Shown: positions 17,748 through 28,678 of the stretch, piece after piece | How positions within the stretch are numbered: position 1 is the stretch's first letter | Layout of the letters: each line of letters starts with the position of its first letter | Program-made: the position numbers and the translations under genes | Notes under the pieces: generated by a model | The model's database searches: none | What the model was told of the DNA's origin: nothing | The model's input: the letters and a program-made list of their open reading frames with translations, nothing else | Sequence record: MT682709.1 | Reading direction: 5' to 3' (one strand) | DNA length: 64,000 nt | Source of the DNA: Escherichia phage vB_EcoM_SP1

Positions 17748-20700
17748 TTATTCAACCCATTCAAATTTAACCGTTTTATTCACTGGGTCAGGAATAATGC
17801 GAACATTACCAATTCGTAAGAAATCACGAATAGTAAGATTCCCCATTATAGCATTATCAGATGGTAAAGCACCGATATCAGATGGCTGAGGAGGGTTACC
17901 TCCATCAAATACCTGAACAAAGCTTGACCAAGAATTTTTGGTTTTCTGCCATGTACGCGTCCAGCGAGTGGTGCGCGCTTCTGGGGTCGTTGGATAAGTA
18001 ATCCAATCTTGGTAAAGCGAATCGAGTGTGTTACCAAATTGAGTCAGCGTACCAGGAGATTTAACCTCTTCACCGCGTTCTAAGTATGGAAGCCCAGTCA
18101 CTTCATTAGTTTTTTCAACCATTTTAAAATAACCCGGGAACTGGTTATAAGTGGCTGAATCATTAATATCGATTGACCAGAATCCTACAGTATCAGATGT
18201 TGGCGCACGGGTATATAAATCAGAGGTTTTAGTACCCTGAGAACGAATTCTCGAGTTAACAGTTAAACCACCTGAAGTTATAGTAGCACCTTTGGCAATG
18301 ATTAAGCTTTCACCAATTGTAACCTGACCAGATTGATTATTAATTGATAATGGACGTAATCCATTAAACCCACCAGTCTGATCACCAGATGCAGTAAGCA
18401 TAAAATAGGTGTTAGCACCATCATTACGAATAAAGAATCCGTAATCACCATTTATTGCTCTAAAAGCATTCGACGATTTACTGATAAATTCGCCATTAGC
18501 AGTAACTGAACTACCGAATGTTGCAACGCCATTCGCATTCAATGTTCCTGAAGCATTCACATTTATCGGTGTTACTGTACCATTGATATTAAATGTTATA
18601 TTACCAGCTTTATTGCGCTGAGAATAAAAGTGACTAGACGTTTCATCACTAACTTCAAATACAGTAGAACGCGTTGTGTCTGATTCACCACTAAATTGAT
18701 TTCCCCACACTTTGACTGTCATCGTTTGAGCCGGGTTCGTTCCAGTTTGAGGTCCTTTCTCAAAAATCAGACGAGTTGCTGTTCCAGTATTAGAAATGGT
18801 TAGTGTACTATTTGCTGAAACTGATCCACCGAACGTAGCAGTACTAGATGATACAAGAGGGGCACTCAGATTCGTTTGTTGGGTTAAGGTTAGTGAACCA
18901 TTAACCGTTTGTGCAATATCCCTACGAATGAACTGAGATGAATCTAGACCATCCAGTAAATTACTATCTACAGCTTTTGCTTTTAACGGCAAATAATTTG
19001 CTAATACACGGTTTAATTCGTATGGCGATACTGCATAACTATTTTTCTCGTACAATTCTAATGACTGTGTTGAACCAACTGTATCATTACCAACGAATGT
19101 AATTGAACCAGATGAAGTTTTAACAAAACCTCTTACCAGAGTAGTAGCTGCCCAAGTAGGTTCACTCTGCACAATCCATTTTAAATTTTTTGGAGATACA
19201 GCAGTATTTGCTGACGTTCCAGTTACAGTTTCAGACTGAGTTGCAACTTTAATAACGCCTTCCTGCGCTTCAGTAGATTTAGTACCTAAAAGCTTTTTAG
19301 GAGTTATTAGAACATTATCTAATGTTCCTGCAGCAGCTTCAACTTGCGTAGCTACACGAAGTGTACCACGTTGTGTCTCATTTGCTTCAAGAATATTGAG
19401 GGTATAATGGTCCCAGAGAGTTCCTGATTCAACTAATCCAGATAGAGCAACAACAGAAGTACGATCAGTACTGTTAAATCTGGTTTTAATTTTTAATGGT
19501 GTAGAGATACGAGTATCGTCGACGCCTGCGTCGAATTCAACTTGCGTAGCAATTTCAGCTATACCACTTAAACTTTCAGTTGCTTTACGGTCATTTAAAG
19601 TTTTAGGAGTGACTGCACGAGTATAATCAGTTCCTGTATTAACTTCACTTTGCGTAGCAATTTCAATTAAACCAATTCTTGCATCAGTTGATGTCTTTTT
19701 ATGTAACGTTTCTGGCGTTACAACCGCATTTGCCCATCCTTCTTGGCTTTGTCCAGCAATTACTTCACTTTCAACTGCTAAAATTACTGCGCCTTGTTGG
19801 GTTGGAGTAGCTTTATACTGATCCAGAGCTTTAGGCGAAACAACTAAATTATTAGTGTTTTTATTATAAACGTTTGTACCATTTAATTCACGACTAGAAG
19901 CTGGAGTAGCTCCTGCAGTAGATACAAAGGTTACAATACCAGATAATGATTCAGAACCTTGACGAGCTTGAAGCTTTTTAGGAGTGACGATTGTAGTATC
20001 ATCAGTACCTGCGTTAGTTTCTTGCTGCGTCGCAATTTCAGCAACGCCTCTACGAGTTTCTGTGGCAGTTCTTTCATTCAGCTTTTTAGGAGTGACGATA
20101 ATATCATCAGCAAAAGAGAATGTAGTATCCTGGTTCACTTGGGCAGTAGTTGCTATTCTTGCGATACCTCTACGAGTTTCTGTAGCAGTACGGTTAGCTA
20201 ATGTTTCTGGAGTAATTGCTAATTCTTTTTGCGGAGAATTTTCTAAATCAGCATTTGCTTGAGCTTGTGTAGCTAAAGCTATTACGCCTAATCTTGCTCT
20301 AGTAGAATCATTTAAAGAATCAACTCTTTCAACTGTTGGAACGTTTTGTTGTACCACCCAGTATTTTCCATCAGAATCTTCTATATAAGCAAGCTGTAAA
20401 ACTGGAACATAATTAGTTTCGCCGTTAAAAACTAATTCTTGAACAGTCACCCATTCAGCTTCAGGTGGATATTCTGAACGTTTTGGGAATTGCAGCAATT
20501 GAACTGAAGAAGCAATTTTATCTTCACCAGCAGCTTTGATTTTAACTGTTTGGCCTTTTCTCATGTAATTCATGGAAATTTTAACAGTATCACCAATGGA
20601 AATATCAGTTGGAAGCTGAAGTTCAATTGTTTGGGTTGTTCCGTTATTTGCTCCAAATACCATAACTTCTTCATTTGGACGAATACTAGAATTAGTTGTT

Positions 20701-21617
20701 ATAATACGTAAACGTGCTTTACTATCCCCGTCAAACAATCTCCACAATTTTTCATTATCATCATACATCAAGAAACCATCAATCGATGTACGGCCTTCAA
20801 TGGAATGAGTTCCAACTTCTTGCACTGAAGTTGTTTCATCATATGTCGTGACAATTGTATGATAAAGTGGATTTAATTTGTCCAAATCGACGAAATTAAT
20901 AATATCGCCGTGATTAGCAAATCTCGGAAGTTTAATATTAATCGGCGCAGCGGAAGTAAATCTACGCACGATAAAATCGTTAGATTGCGCCTGATAAAGA
21001 CTTGCCGGTGTTACGACTACAGCTTCTCTGCTATAATCAGCAACATACATTTGCCACAGACGATTACTAAAAATTAAAACTATCTGCGATTTTGGATGAG
21101 TCATTAGTACTGATCGTACTTGCTGACCTCTAAAATTTACAATGCTTTGCACCGGAGCGGTAATTAAAACTTGGTTAACTCCAGGTTTTCCTCCAATGTC
21201 TTGGAGAACGATAGTATCTCCATCAATTGGGGAAGATGGTAAAGTAAATGTAATGTCATTACCAGCTGCAGTATCAACTGAAATTGATTCGCCTGACTTT
21301 AATTGATAAGGTCCTGATGAAACAGTTGTCCAATTAGCATCAGTACGTAATGCTCTCCAGCGTACACTATTAAAAGCTCCTGCTGGTTTTGGAATATCAT
21401 TTATAGCAGCCCAAAAGCGGTTATCATAAATGATTACAAAATCTTTTAAATATCCACGAGTTGGATCGTATTGTTGAACTGTGTTTTCTTGAATTAAGTA
21501 ATCAACGTTAACACCGTCAGTTCCTACGGTACGATCAGCTAAAGCTACGTTGATTATTTTATCGCCACCTGCGTCCAGACCGTCTTCTGCTCTGAACTTT
21601 CTTTTAATCTCGGCCAT
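17748..21617 (-). CDS. 34: long tail fibre proximal subunit gp34
   Basis: 1289 aa as T4 gp34; internal ~40-aa tail-fibre repeats (TPKKL..ATE..GV..IAT). Confidence 0.9.
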   Translation of the reverse strand: MAEIKRKFRAEDGLDAGGDKIINVALADRTVGTDGVNVDYLIQENTVQQYDPTRGYLKDFVIIYDNRFWAAINDIPKPAGAFNSVRWRALRTDANWTTVSSGPYQLKSGESISVDTAAGNDITFTLPSSPIDGDTIVLQDIGGKPGVNQVLITAPVQSIVNFRGQQVRSVLMTHPKSQIVLIFSNRLWQMYVADYSREAVVVTPASLYQAQSNDFIVRRFTSAAPINIKLPRFANHGDIINFVDLDKLNPLYHTIVTTYDETTSVQEVGTHSIEGRTSIDGFLMYDDNEKLWRLFDGDSKARLRIITTNSSIRPNEEVMVFGANNGTTQTIELQLPTDISIGDTVKISMNYMRKGQTVKIKAAGEDKIASSVQLLQFPKRSEYPPEAEWVTVQELVFNGETNYVPVLQLAYIEDSDGKYWVVQQNVPTVERVDSLNDSTRARLGVIALATQAQANADLENSPQKELAITPETLANRTATETRRGIARIATTAQVNQDTTFSFADDIIVTPKKLNERTATETRRGVAEIATQQETNAGTDDTTIVTPKKLQARQGSESLSGIVTFVSTAGATPASSRELNGTNVYNKNTNNLVVSPKALDQYKATPTQQGAVILAVESEVIAGQSQEGWANAVVTPETLHKKTSTDARIGLIEIATQSEVNTGTDYTRAVTPKTLNDRKATESLSGIAEIATQVEFDAGVDDTRISTPLKIKTRFNSTDRTSVVALSGLVESGTLWDHYTLNILEANETQRGTLRVATQVEAAAGTLDNVLITPKKLLGTKSTEAQEGVIKVATQSETVTGTSANTAVSPKNLKWIVQSEPTWAATTLVRGFVKTSSGSITFVGNDTVGSTQSLELYEKNSYAVSPYELNRVLANYLPLKAKAVDSNLLDGLDSSQFIRRDIAQTVNGSLTLTQQTNLSAPLVSSSTATFGGSVSANSTLTISNTGTATRLIFEKGPQTGTNPAQTMTVKVWGNQFSGESDTTRSTVFEVSDETSSHFYSQRNKAGNITFNINGTVTPINVNASGTLNANGVATFGSSVTANGEFISKSSNAFRAINGDYGFFIRNDGANTYFMLTASGDQTGGFNGLRPLSINNQSGQVTIGESLIIAKGATITSGGLTVNSRIRSQGTKTSDLYTRAPTSDTVGFWSIDINDSATYNQFPGYFKMVEKTNEVTGLPYLERGEEVKSPGTLTQFGNTLDSLYQDWITYPTTPEARTTRWTRTWQKTKNSWSSFVQVFDGGNPPQPSDIGALPSDNAIMGNLTIRDFLRIGNVRIIPDPVNKTVKFEWVE

Positions 21618-21652
21618 TCTCCCGGGCTCCTATTGTGTTTTCAATAATAAGT

Positions 21653-21660
21653 ATTTATAC
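21653..21660 (-). promoter_or_regulatory. late promoter TATAAATA (minus strand) upstream of gene 34
   Basis: TATTTATA on plus strand ~36 nt upstream of gene 34 start. Confidence 0.55.
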
Positions 21661-21662
21661 TT

Positions 21663-21692
21663 GTTTACTTTAAGATTTGGATGGTATATAAT
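21663..21692 (+). promoter_or_regulatory. early promoter upstream of rnh
   Basis: GTTTAC at 21663, TATAAT at 21687, 17-18 bp spacing. Confidence 0.5.
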
Positions 21693-21721
21693 AGAAATCT
21701 CACTAATTGAACGAGGTTCAT

Positions 21722-22639
21722 ATGGATTTAGAAATGATGCTGGATGAAGATTACAAAGAAGGAATTTGCTTAATTGACTTTAGTCAAATTGCACTTTCGA
21801 CTGCTTTAGTAAACTTTCCAGATAAAGAAAAAATTAATTTATCAATGGTTCGTCATTTGATATTGAACTCAATTAAGTTTAATGTCAAAAAAGCAAAAAC
21901 TCTTGGATACACTAAAATTGTACTGTGTATCGATAACGCGAAATCTGGATACTGGCGTCGTGATTTTGCTTATTACTATAAGAAAAACCGTGGAAAAGCA
22001 CGAGAAGAATCTACTTGGGACTGGGAAGGTTATTTTGAATCCAGCCATAAAGTTATAGATGAATTGAAAGCTTATATGCCATACATTGTTATGGATATTG
22101 ATAAGTATGAAGCAGATGACCATATTGCTGTTCTTGTTAAAAAGTTCTCTTTAGAAGGACATAAGATTTTAATCATTTCATCGGATGGTGACTTTACTCA
22201 ACTTCACAAATACCCAAATGTTAAGCAATGGTCACCGATGCACAAGAAATGGGTTAAAATTAAAAGCGGTTCTGCTGAAATTGACTGTATGACTAAAATC
22301 CTTAAAGGCGACAAAAAGGATAACGTCGCTTCAGTTAAAGTACGATCTGACTTTTGGTTTACCAGAGTTGAAGGTGAACGAACTCCTTCAATGAAAACAT
22401 CTATTGTTGAAGCTATTGCTAATGACCGTGAGCAAGCTAAGGTGCTTCTCACCGAATCTGAATATAATCGATACAAAGAAAATTTAGTTCTAATTGATTT
22501 TGATTATATTCCTGATAATATTGCTTCAAACATTGTGAATTACTATAATTCATATAAATTACCACCGCGTGGCAAAATTTATTCATATTTTGTAAAAGCG
22601 GGTCTTTCTAAATTAACTAATAGCATTAATGAATTTTGA
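21722..22639 (+). CDS. rnh: RNase H (5'-3' exonuclease, FEN-1 family)
   Basis: 305 aa from ATG at 21722; sequence MDLEMMLDEDYKEGICLIDFSQ as T4 RNase H. Confidence 0.9.
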   Translation: MDLEMMLDEDYKEGICLIDFSQIALSTALVNFPDKEKINLSMVRHLILNSIKFNVKKAKTLGYTKIVLCIDNAKSGYWRRDFAYYYKKNRGKAREESTWDWEGYFESSHKVIDELKAYMPYIVMDIDKYEADDHIAVLVKKFSLEGHKILIISSDGDFTQLHKYPNVKQWSPMHKKWVKIKSGSAEIDCMTKILKGDKKDNVASVKVRSDFWFTRVEGERTPSMKTSIVEAIANDREQAKVLLTESEYNRYKENLVLIDFDYIPDNIASNIVNYYNSYKLPPRGKIYSYFVKAGLSKLTNSINEF

Positions 22640-22647
22640 GGTGAATA

Positions 22648-22917
22648 ATGGCTAAAAAAGAAATGGTTGAATTTGATGAAGCTATCCATGGCGAAGACTT
22701 AGCTAAATTTATTAAAGAAGCATCTGACCATAAACTGAAAATTTCTGGTTATAATGAATTGATTAAAGATATTCGAATTCGTGCTAAAGATGAACTTGGC
22801 GTTGATGGTAAGATGTTTAATCGTCTGTTAGCTTTGTATCATAAAGATAACCGTGATGTGTTTGAAGCTGAAACCGAAGAGGTAGTTGAACTTTATGACA
22901 CAGTTTTCTCTAAATGA
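22648..22917 (+). CDS. dsbA: dsDNA-binding protein DsbA (late transcription enhancer)
   Basis: 89 aa, position between rnh and gene 33 as in T4. Confidence 0.75.
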   Translation: MAKKEMVEFDEAIHGEDLAKFIKEASDHKLKISGYNELIKDIRIRAKDELGVDGKMFNRLLALYHKDNRDVFEAETEEVVELYDTVFSK

Positions 22918-23233
22918 TATTCGTCCGGTCGATGAGACCGGTCTTTCAGAAAAAGAACTTTCAATTAAGAAAGAAAAGGATGAAATAGCAAAACTTCTTG
23001 ACCGCCAAGAAAATGGATTTATTATTGAAAAAATGGTAGAAGAGTTTGGAATGAGTTATCTTGAAGCTACAACAGCATTCTTGGAAGAAAATTCTATTCC
23101 TGAAACTCAATTTGCTAAATTTATTCCTTCGGGTATAATTGAAAAAATTCAGTCAGAAGCTATTGACGAAAATCTTTTACGTCCTTCTGTTGTTCGTTGT
23201 GAAAAAACTAATACATTAGATTTTCTACTATGA
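22895..23233 (+). CDS. 33: late transcription co-activator gp33
   Basis: 112 aa from ATG at 22895; synteny dsbA-33-59. Confidence 0.8.
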   Translation: MTQFSLNDIRPVDETGLSEKELSIKKEKDEIAKLLDRQENGFIIEKMVEEFGMSYLEATTAFLEENSIPETQFAKFIPSGIIEKIQSEAIDENLLRPSVVRCEKTNTLDFLL

Positions 23234-23883
23234 TTAAACTCCGCATGCCTGCTGGTGGTGAAAGATATATTGATGGTAAATCAGTTTATAAATTATACTT
23301 AATGATAAAACAACATATGAATGGAAAGTATGATGTAATTAAGTATAATTGGTGCATGCGGGTGTCTGATGCCGCTTATCAAAAGCGAAGGGATAAGTAT
23401 TTTTTCCAGAAGTTATCAGAAAAATATAAATTAAAGGAACTTGCTTTAATCTTTATAAGCAATCTTGTTGCTAACCAGGATGCTTGGATTGGTGACATCT
23501 CTGACGCTGATGCACTTGTGTTTTATCGTGAATATATCGGACGCTTAAAGCAAATTAAATTTAAGTTTGAAGAAGATATTCGCAATATTTACTATTTTAG
23601 TAAAAAAGTTGAAGTTTCTGCTTTTAAAGAAATCTTTGAATATAATCCAAAAGTTCAATCAAGTTATATTTTTAAACTACTTCAATCGAATATAATTTCG
23701 TTTGAGACGTTTATCTTGCTTGATTCGTTTTTAAATATAATTGATAAACATGATGAACAGACTGATAATTTAGTCTGGAATAATTATTCTATAAAGTTAA
23801 AAGCTTATAGAAAAATTTTAAATATTGATTCACAGAAAGCTAAAAATGTTTTCATTGAAACTGTGAAATCCTGTAAGTATTAA
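23230..23883 (+). CDS. 59: helicase loader gp59
   Basis: 217 aa as T4 gp59; ATGA coupling to gene 33; immediately upstream of gene 32. Confidence 0.9.
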   Translation: MIKLRMPAGGERYIDGKSVYKLYLMIKQHMNGKYDVIKYNWCMRVSDAAYQKRRDKYFFQKLSEKYKLKELALIFISNLVANQDAWIGDISDADALVFYREYIGRLKQIKFKFEEDIRNIYYFSKKVEVSAFKEIFEYNPKVQSSYIFKLLQSNIISFETFILLDSFLNIIDKHDEQTDNLVWNNYSIKLKAYRKILNIDSQKAKNVFIETVKSCKY

Positions 23884-23891
23884 TTGCTTAT

Positions 23892-23899
23892 TATAAATA
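23892..23899 (+). promoter_or_regulatory. late promoter TATAAATA upstream of gene 32
   Basis: exact TATAAATA octamer. Confidence 0.5.
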
Positions 23900-23914
23900 G
23901 ATTATAATTATCTC

Positions 23915-23987
23915 ACTGACCAGCTATGAGGTCATACATCGTCATAGCACCAACTGTTAATTAAATTAAATTAAAAAGGAAATAAAA
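23915..23987 (+). promoter_or_regulatory. gene 32 autogenous translational operator (5' pseudoknot region plus unstructured UUAAA-repeat leader)
   Basis: GACCAGCTATGAGGTCATACATCGTCATAGCAC followed by TTAATTAAATTAAATTAAAAAGGAAATAAAAATG, as described for T4 gene 32. Confidence 0.6.
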
Positions 23988-24896
23988 ATGTTTAAACGTA
24001 AATCTACTGCTGAACTCGCTGCACAAATGGCTAAACTGGCTGGAAATAAAGGTGGTTTTTCTTCTGAAGATAAAGGCGAGTGGAAACTGAAACTCGATAA
24101 TGCGGGTAACGGTCAAGCAGTAATTCGTTTTCTTCCGTCTAAAAATGATGAACAAGCACCATTCGCAATTCTTGTAAATCACGGTTTCAAGAAAAATGGT
24201 AAATGGTATATTGAAAACTGTTCATCTACCCACGGTGATTACGATTCTTGTCCAGTATGTCAGTACATCAGTAAAAATGATTTGTATAACACTGACAATA
24301 AAGAGTACGGTCTTGTTAAACGTAAAACTTCTTACTGGGCTAACATTCTTGTAGTAAAAGACCCAGCTGCTCCAGAAAATGAAGGTAAAGTATTTAAATA
24401 CCGTTTCGGTAAGAAAATCTGGGATAAAATCAATGCAATGATTGCAGTTGATGTTGAAATGGGTGAAACTCCGGTTGATGTAACTTGTCCGTGGGAAGGT
24501 GCTAACTTTGTACTGAAAGTTAAACAAGTTTCTGGTTTTAGTAACTACGACGAATCTAAATTCCTGAATCAATCTGCGATTCCAAACATTGATGATGAAT
24601 CTTTCCAGAAAGAACTGTTCGAACAAATGGTTGACCTTTCTGAAATGACTTCTAAAGATAAATTCAAATCGTTTGAAGAACTGAGCACTAAGTTCAGTCA
24701 AGTTATGGGAACTGCTGCTATGGGCGGTGCCGCAGCAACTGCCGCTAAGAAAGCTGATAAAGTTGCTGATGATTTGGATGCATTCAATGTTGATGACTTC
24801 AAAACAAAAACTGAAGATGATTTTATGAGCTCAAGCTCTGGCAGTTCATCTGGCGCTGATGACACGGACCTGGATGACCTTTTGAATGACCTTTAA
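23988..24896 (+). CDS. 32: ssDNA-binding protein gp32
   Basis: 302 aa; [18 protein letters not shown]-terminus and acidic C-terminus as T4 gp32. Confidence 0.95.
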   Translation: MFKRKSTAELAAQMAKLAGNKGGFSSEDKGEWKLKLDNAGNGQAVIRFLPSKNDEQAPFAILVNHGFKKNGKWYIENCSSTHGDYDSCPVCQYISKNDLYNTDNKEYGLVKRKTSYWANILVVKDPAAPENEGKVFKYRFGKKIWDKINAMIAVDVEMGETPVDVTCPWEGANFVLKVKQVSGFSNYDESKFLNQSAIPNIDDESFQKELFEQMVDLSEMTSKDKFKSFEELSTKFSQVMGTAAMGGAAATAAKKADKVADDLDAFNVDDFKTKTEDDFMSSSSGSSSGADDTDLDDLLNDL

Positions 24897-24918
24897 TAGA
24901 TTATATTACTAATTAATT

Positions 24919-24946
24919 GGGGACCCTAGAGGTCCCCTTTTTTATT
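24919..24946 (+). terminator. rho-independent terminator after gene 32
   Basis: GGGGACC-CTAGA-GGTCCCC hairpin plus TTTTTTATTTT. Confidence 0.65.
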
Positions 24947-24967
24947 TTAAAATTTTTTCACAAAACA

Positions 24968-24997
24968 GTTTACATTCTTGTCATTCCATGGTACTAT
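24968..24997 (+). promoter_or_regulatory. T4-type early promoter
   Basis: GTTTACA at 24968, TACTAT at 24992; near-identical upstream AT-rich block to promoter at 8300. Confidence 0.55.
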
Positions 24998-25041
24998 ACA
25001 ACTATCGGCAATACTGCTGATGATTAAAAGAGGAAAATAAT

Positions 25042-25272
25042 ATGGCTAAAGTTGATATTGACATCGTTGATTTTGAATATATTGAAGAAATTATTCGTAA
25101 TCGTTATCCTGAACTTAGTATCACAAGTATTCATGATGATCCCAATTATTGCAATTTTTCTATTGTCATTGAAGGTCCTCTTGAAGACCTCACCCGCTTT
25201 ATGGCTAATGAATATTGTGATGGCATGGATTCTGAAGATGCAGAATTTTATATGGGACTGATTGAACAATAA
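25042..25272 (+). CDS. hypothetical acidic protein, 76 aa
   Basis: ORF with RBS AGAGGAAAAUAAU. Confidence 0.5.
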   Translation: MAKVDIDIVDFEYIEEIIRNRYPELSITSIHDDPNYCNFSIVIEGPLEDLTRFMANEYCDGMDSEDAEFYMGLIEQ

Positions 25273-25316
25273 TTATCAAGGGGCTATTACAGCCCCGTTA
25301 AAATGAGGAAAACACA

Positions 25317-25697
25317 ATGTATACTGGTAGAAAGTATGAACTTGTTCCAAGACTTATTGATACATTTATTAATTATAGCCCACGTTCTAATTCATCAATA
25401 GTTAAAGCTATTCGAGATAATGGCGGATGGTTTGAAGTTAAAGAAGTTTCTGTCGCTAATGGATATAAAGCAGTAAAACACATTGAATGCGCAAATGGAA
25501 AGCATTTTTACCTCAAAGATAGACTTTTAGAAATTTGTGAAGACGAATTTCATTGTTTTCGTGAGTATAAAGAACCGACTTCTGAAGAAGATGAAGTCGA
25601 AGACAAGATTTCTGGCGTAACAAAAATTCACTGCATTGTAGACGAAAACAATGTAGATGAAATCATTGAACTTTTGCGAAAAACTTTCAAAAAGTAG
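25317..25697 (+). CDS. hypothetical protein, 126 aa
   Basis: ORF with RBS AUGAGGAAAACAC. Confidence 0.55.
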   Translation: MYTGRKYELVPRLIDTFINYSPRSNSSIVKAIRDNGGWFEVKEVSVANGYKAVKHIECANGKHFYLKDRLLEICEDEFHCFREYKEPTSEEDEVEDKISGVTKIHCIVDENNVDEIIELLRKTFKK

Positions 25698-25726
25698 TTT
25701 ACAGTAGGGTAGTAGTGTGATACTAT
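25697..25726 (+). promoter_or_regulatory. early promoter with imperfect inverted repeat around -10
   Basis: GTTTACA at 25697, TACTAT at 25721. Confidence 0.45.
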
Positions 25727-25751
25727 TACCCTATCAACTAAGGAGAATAAA

Positions 25752-25994
25752 ATGAGATTACAACGCCAGAGCATTAAAGATTCAGAAGTTAGAGGTAAAT
25801 GGTATTTTAATATCATAGGTAAAGATTCTGAACTTGTTGAAAAAGCTGAACATCTTTTACGTGACGTGGGATGGGAAGATGAATGCGATGGATGCCCTCT
25901 TTATGAGGATGGAGAAAGCGCAGGATTCTGGATTTACCACTCTGACGTTGAACAGTTTAAAGCTGATTGGAAAAGTGTGAAAAAGTCTGTTTAA
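25752..25994 (+). CDS. hypothetical protein, 80 aa
   Basis: ORF with RBS AGGAGAAUAAA. Confidence 0.55.
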   Translation: MRLQRQSIKDSEVRGKWYFNIIGKDSELVEKAEHLLRDVGWEDECDGCPLYEDGESAGFWIYHSDVEQFKADWKSVKKSV

Positions 25995-26004
25995 GGAAAA
26001 TAAT

Positions 26005-26834
<830 letters not shown>

Positions 26835-26854
26835 AATAACGCGTGGCGGAAAAT

Positions 26855-27205
26855 ATGAACTTTAATTATTATCCTATTCTATTAGAAAAAGACGCGAAAC
26901 AACCAAAATGGCAGGGTCCTCAGTTTATCAAAGGCGTCTATCAATTAGTAGTTCCCAAAGACAAGATTTATAGCAGCAGTTATTGCACTGAATCCGCTTG
27001 CAGTATTTTCGGTAATAGTTCTCCGTATTGGAATTTTGATATAAAACTGGATAGAAATATCGATATTTGGTTGAAAGCTATGGATATTGGCAATATTACG
27101 TTTGATGAGAATAATTATCATATTATTGGTCGCTTTTCCAAACGCGGTAAAGAATTGTATTTCACGCCTGAAATTGAAAGAAAATTTGATGCTAAACCGT
27201 ATTGA
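26855..27205 (+). CDS. hypothetical protein, 116 aa, inserted between frd and td
   Basis: ORF from ATG 26855 (GTG at 26843 possible); no recognisable motif; occupies a 420-bp segment not expected at the T4 frd/td overlap. Confidence 0.5.
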   Translation: MNFNYYPILLEKDAKQPKWQGPQFIKGVYQLVVPKDKIYSSSYCTESACSIFGNSSPYWNFDIKLDRNIDIWLKAMDIGNITFDENNYHIIGRFSKRGKELYFTPEIERKFDAKPY

Positions 27206-27211
27206 TTATTT

Positions 27212-27234
27212 AGCTTCATAAAATGTATTATAAT
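27212..27234 (+). promoter_or_regulatory. possible MotA-dependent middle promoter upstream of td
   Basis: MotA-box-like AGCTTCA at 27212 and TATAAT at 27229. Confidence 0.3.
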
Positions 27235-27250
27235 TTATATAAGGTACTAA

Positions 27251-28111
27251 ATGAAACAATACCAAGATTTAATTAAAGACATTTTTGAAAATGGCTATGA
27301 AACCGATGACCGAACAGGCACAGGAACAATTGCTTTGTTCGGTACTAAATTACGCTGGGATTTAACTAAAGGTTTTCCTGCAGTAACGACTAAGAAGCTC
27401 GCCTGGAAAGCTTGTATTGCTGAGCTAATATGGTTTTTGTCAGGAAGTACTAACGTAAATGATTTACGATTAATTCAGCATGATTCATTAATTCAAGGCA
27501 AAACAGTCTGGGATGAAAATTACGAAAATCAAGCAAAAGATTTAGGATACCATAGCGGTGAACTTGGTCCAATTTATGGAAAACAATGGCGTGATTTTGG
27601 CGGTGTAGACCAAATTGTAGAAGTTATTGATCGTATTAAAAAACTGCCAAATGATAGACGTCAAGTTGTTTCAGCATGGAATCCAGCTGAACTCAAGCAA
27701 ATGGCATTACCGCCTTGTCACATGTTCTATCAGTTTAATGTGCGTAATGGCTATTTGGATTTACAGTGGTATCAACGATCAGTAGATGTTTTCCTCGGTC
27801 TTCCATTTAATATTGCATCATATGCTGCGTTAGTTCATATTGTAGCTAAGATGTGTAATCTTATTCCTGGAGATTTGATATTTTCTGGCGGTAATACTCA
27901 TATCTATATGAATCACGTTGAACAATGTAAAGAAATTTTACGTCGTGAACCTAAAGAGCTTTGTGAACTGGTAATAGGCGGATTGCCTTATAAATTCCGT
28001 CATCTTTCTACTAAAGAACAATTAAAATATGTTCTTAAACTCAGGCCTAAAGATTTCGTTCTTAAAGGTTACGAATCACACCCTCCTATTAAAGGAAAAA
28101 TGGCGGTGTAA
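27251..28111 (+). CDS. td: thymidylate synthase, intronless
   Basis: 286 aa continuous ORF matching spliced T4 Td; no group I intron interrupts the ORF. Confidence 0.95.
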   Translation: MKQYQDLIKDIFENGYETDDRTGTGTIALFGTKLRWDLTKGFPAVTTKKLAWKACIAELIWFLSGSTNVNDLRLIQHDSLIQGKTVWDENYENQAKDLGYHSGELGPIYGKQWRDFGGVDQIVEVIDRIKKLPNDRRQVVSAWNPAELKQMALPPCHMFYQFNVRNGYLDLQWYQRSVDVFLGLPFNIASYAALVHIVAKMCNLIPGDLIFSGGNTHIYMNHVEQCKEILRREPKELCELVIGGLPYKFRHLSTKEQLKYVLKLRPKDFVLKGYESHPPIKGKMAV

Positions 28112-28134
28112 TTAATTATTAATTGCGAGGATAT

Positions 28135-28398
28135 ATGATTTTACGATTTAAAGATACTTCTGGTGTAGTTCTTTTTACACTTCCTAACCCAAGTGAGTTA
28201 GAAGTTCCAGGACCAAATCAGCCTATTATCATTTATGGCAAAAAATATTATACTCATAAAATGACTCGTGAGTATTTTGATAATAAAATTTCTACAGTTA
28301 AAACTTCTTCAGATTGTTACTATGATATTACTGTTTTAACGGAAAAACAATATGACGAATTATCACCGCGCGGGCCGTCTATGCCAGGTAGTGAATAA
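28135..28398 (+). CDS. hypothetical protein, 87 aa
   Basis: ORF from ATG 28135 with RBS GCGAGGAUAU. Confidence 0.5.
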   Translation: MILRFKDTSGVVLFTLPNPSELEVPGPNQPIIIYGKKYYTHKMTREYFDNKISTVKTSSDCYYDITVLTEKQYDELSPRGPSMPGSE

Positions 28399-28678
28399 AT
28401 ATAAATCCGACTTTGATGTTAATATTCACCGTGGTACATTTTGGGGAAATTACGTCGGTAAAGATGCTGGCAGCCGGGAGGCTGCCATTGAATTATTCAA
28501 AAAAGATTTTATACGTCGAATTAAATCCGGAGAAATAACTAAAGCACATTTAGAGCCTTTACGTGGAATGAGGCTAGGATGCACATGTAAACCAAAGCCG
28601 TGTCATGGTGATATAATAGCTCATATAGTTAACCGATTGTTTAAAGACGATTTTCAAGTTGAGGACTTATGCAATTAA
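28352..28678 (+). CDS. hypothetical protein, 108 aa, with [12 protein letters not shown] motif
   Basis: Cys/His motif C-x-C-x-P-x-P-C-H-G-D; overlaps nrdA start by 10 nt. Confidence 0.5.
   Translation: MTNYHRAGRLCQVVNKYKSDFDVNIHRGTFWGNYVGKDAGSREAAIELFKKDFIRRIKSGEITKAHLEPLRGMRLGCTCKPKPCHGDIIAHIVNRLFKDDFQVEDLCN

Noticed and set aside
19959-20262. Two plus-strand ORFs (80 and 92 aa) antisense to gene 34
   Set aside because: Generated by the repetitive gp34 repeat region read in reverse; low-complexity Ser/Val-rich translations.
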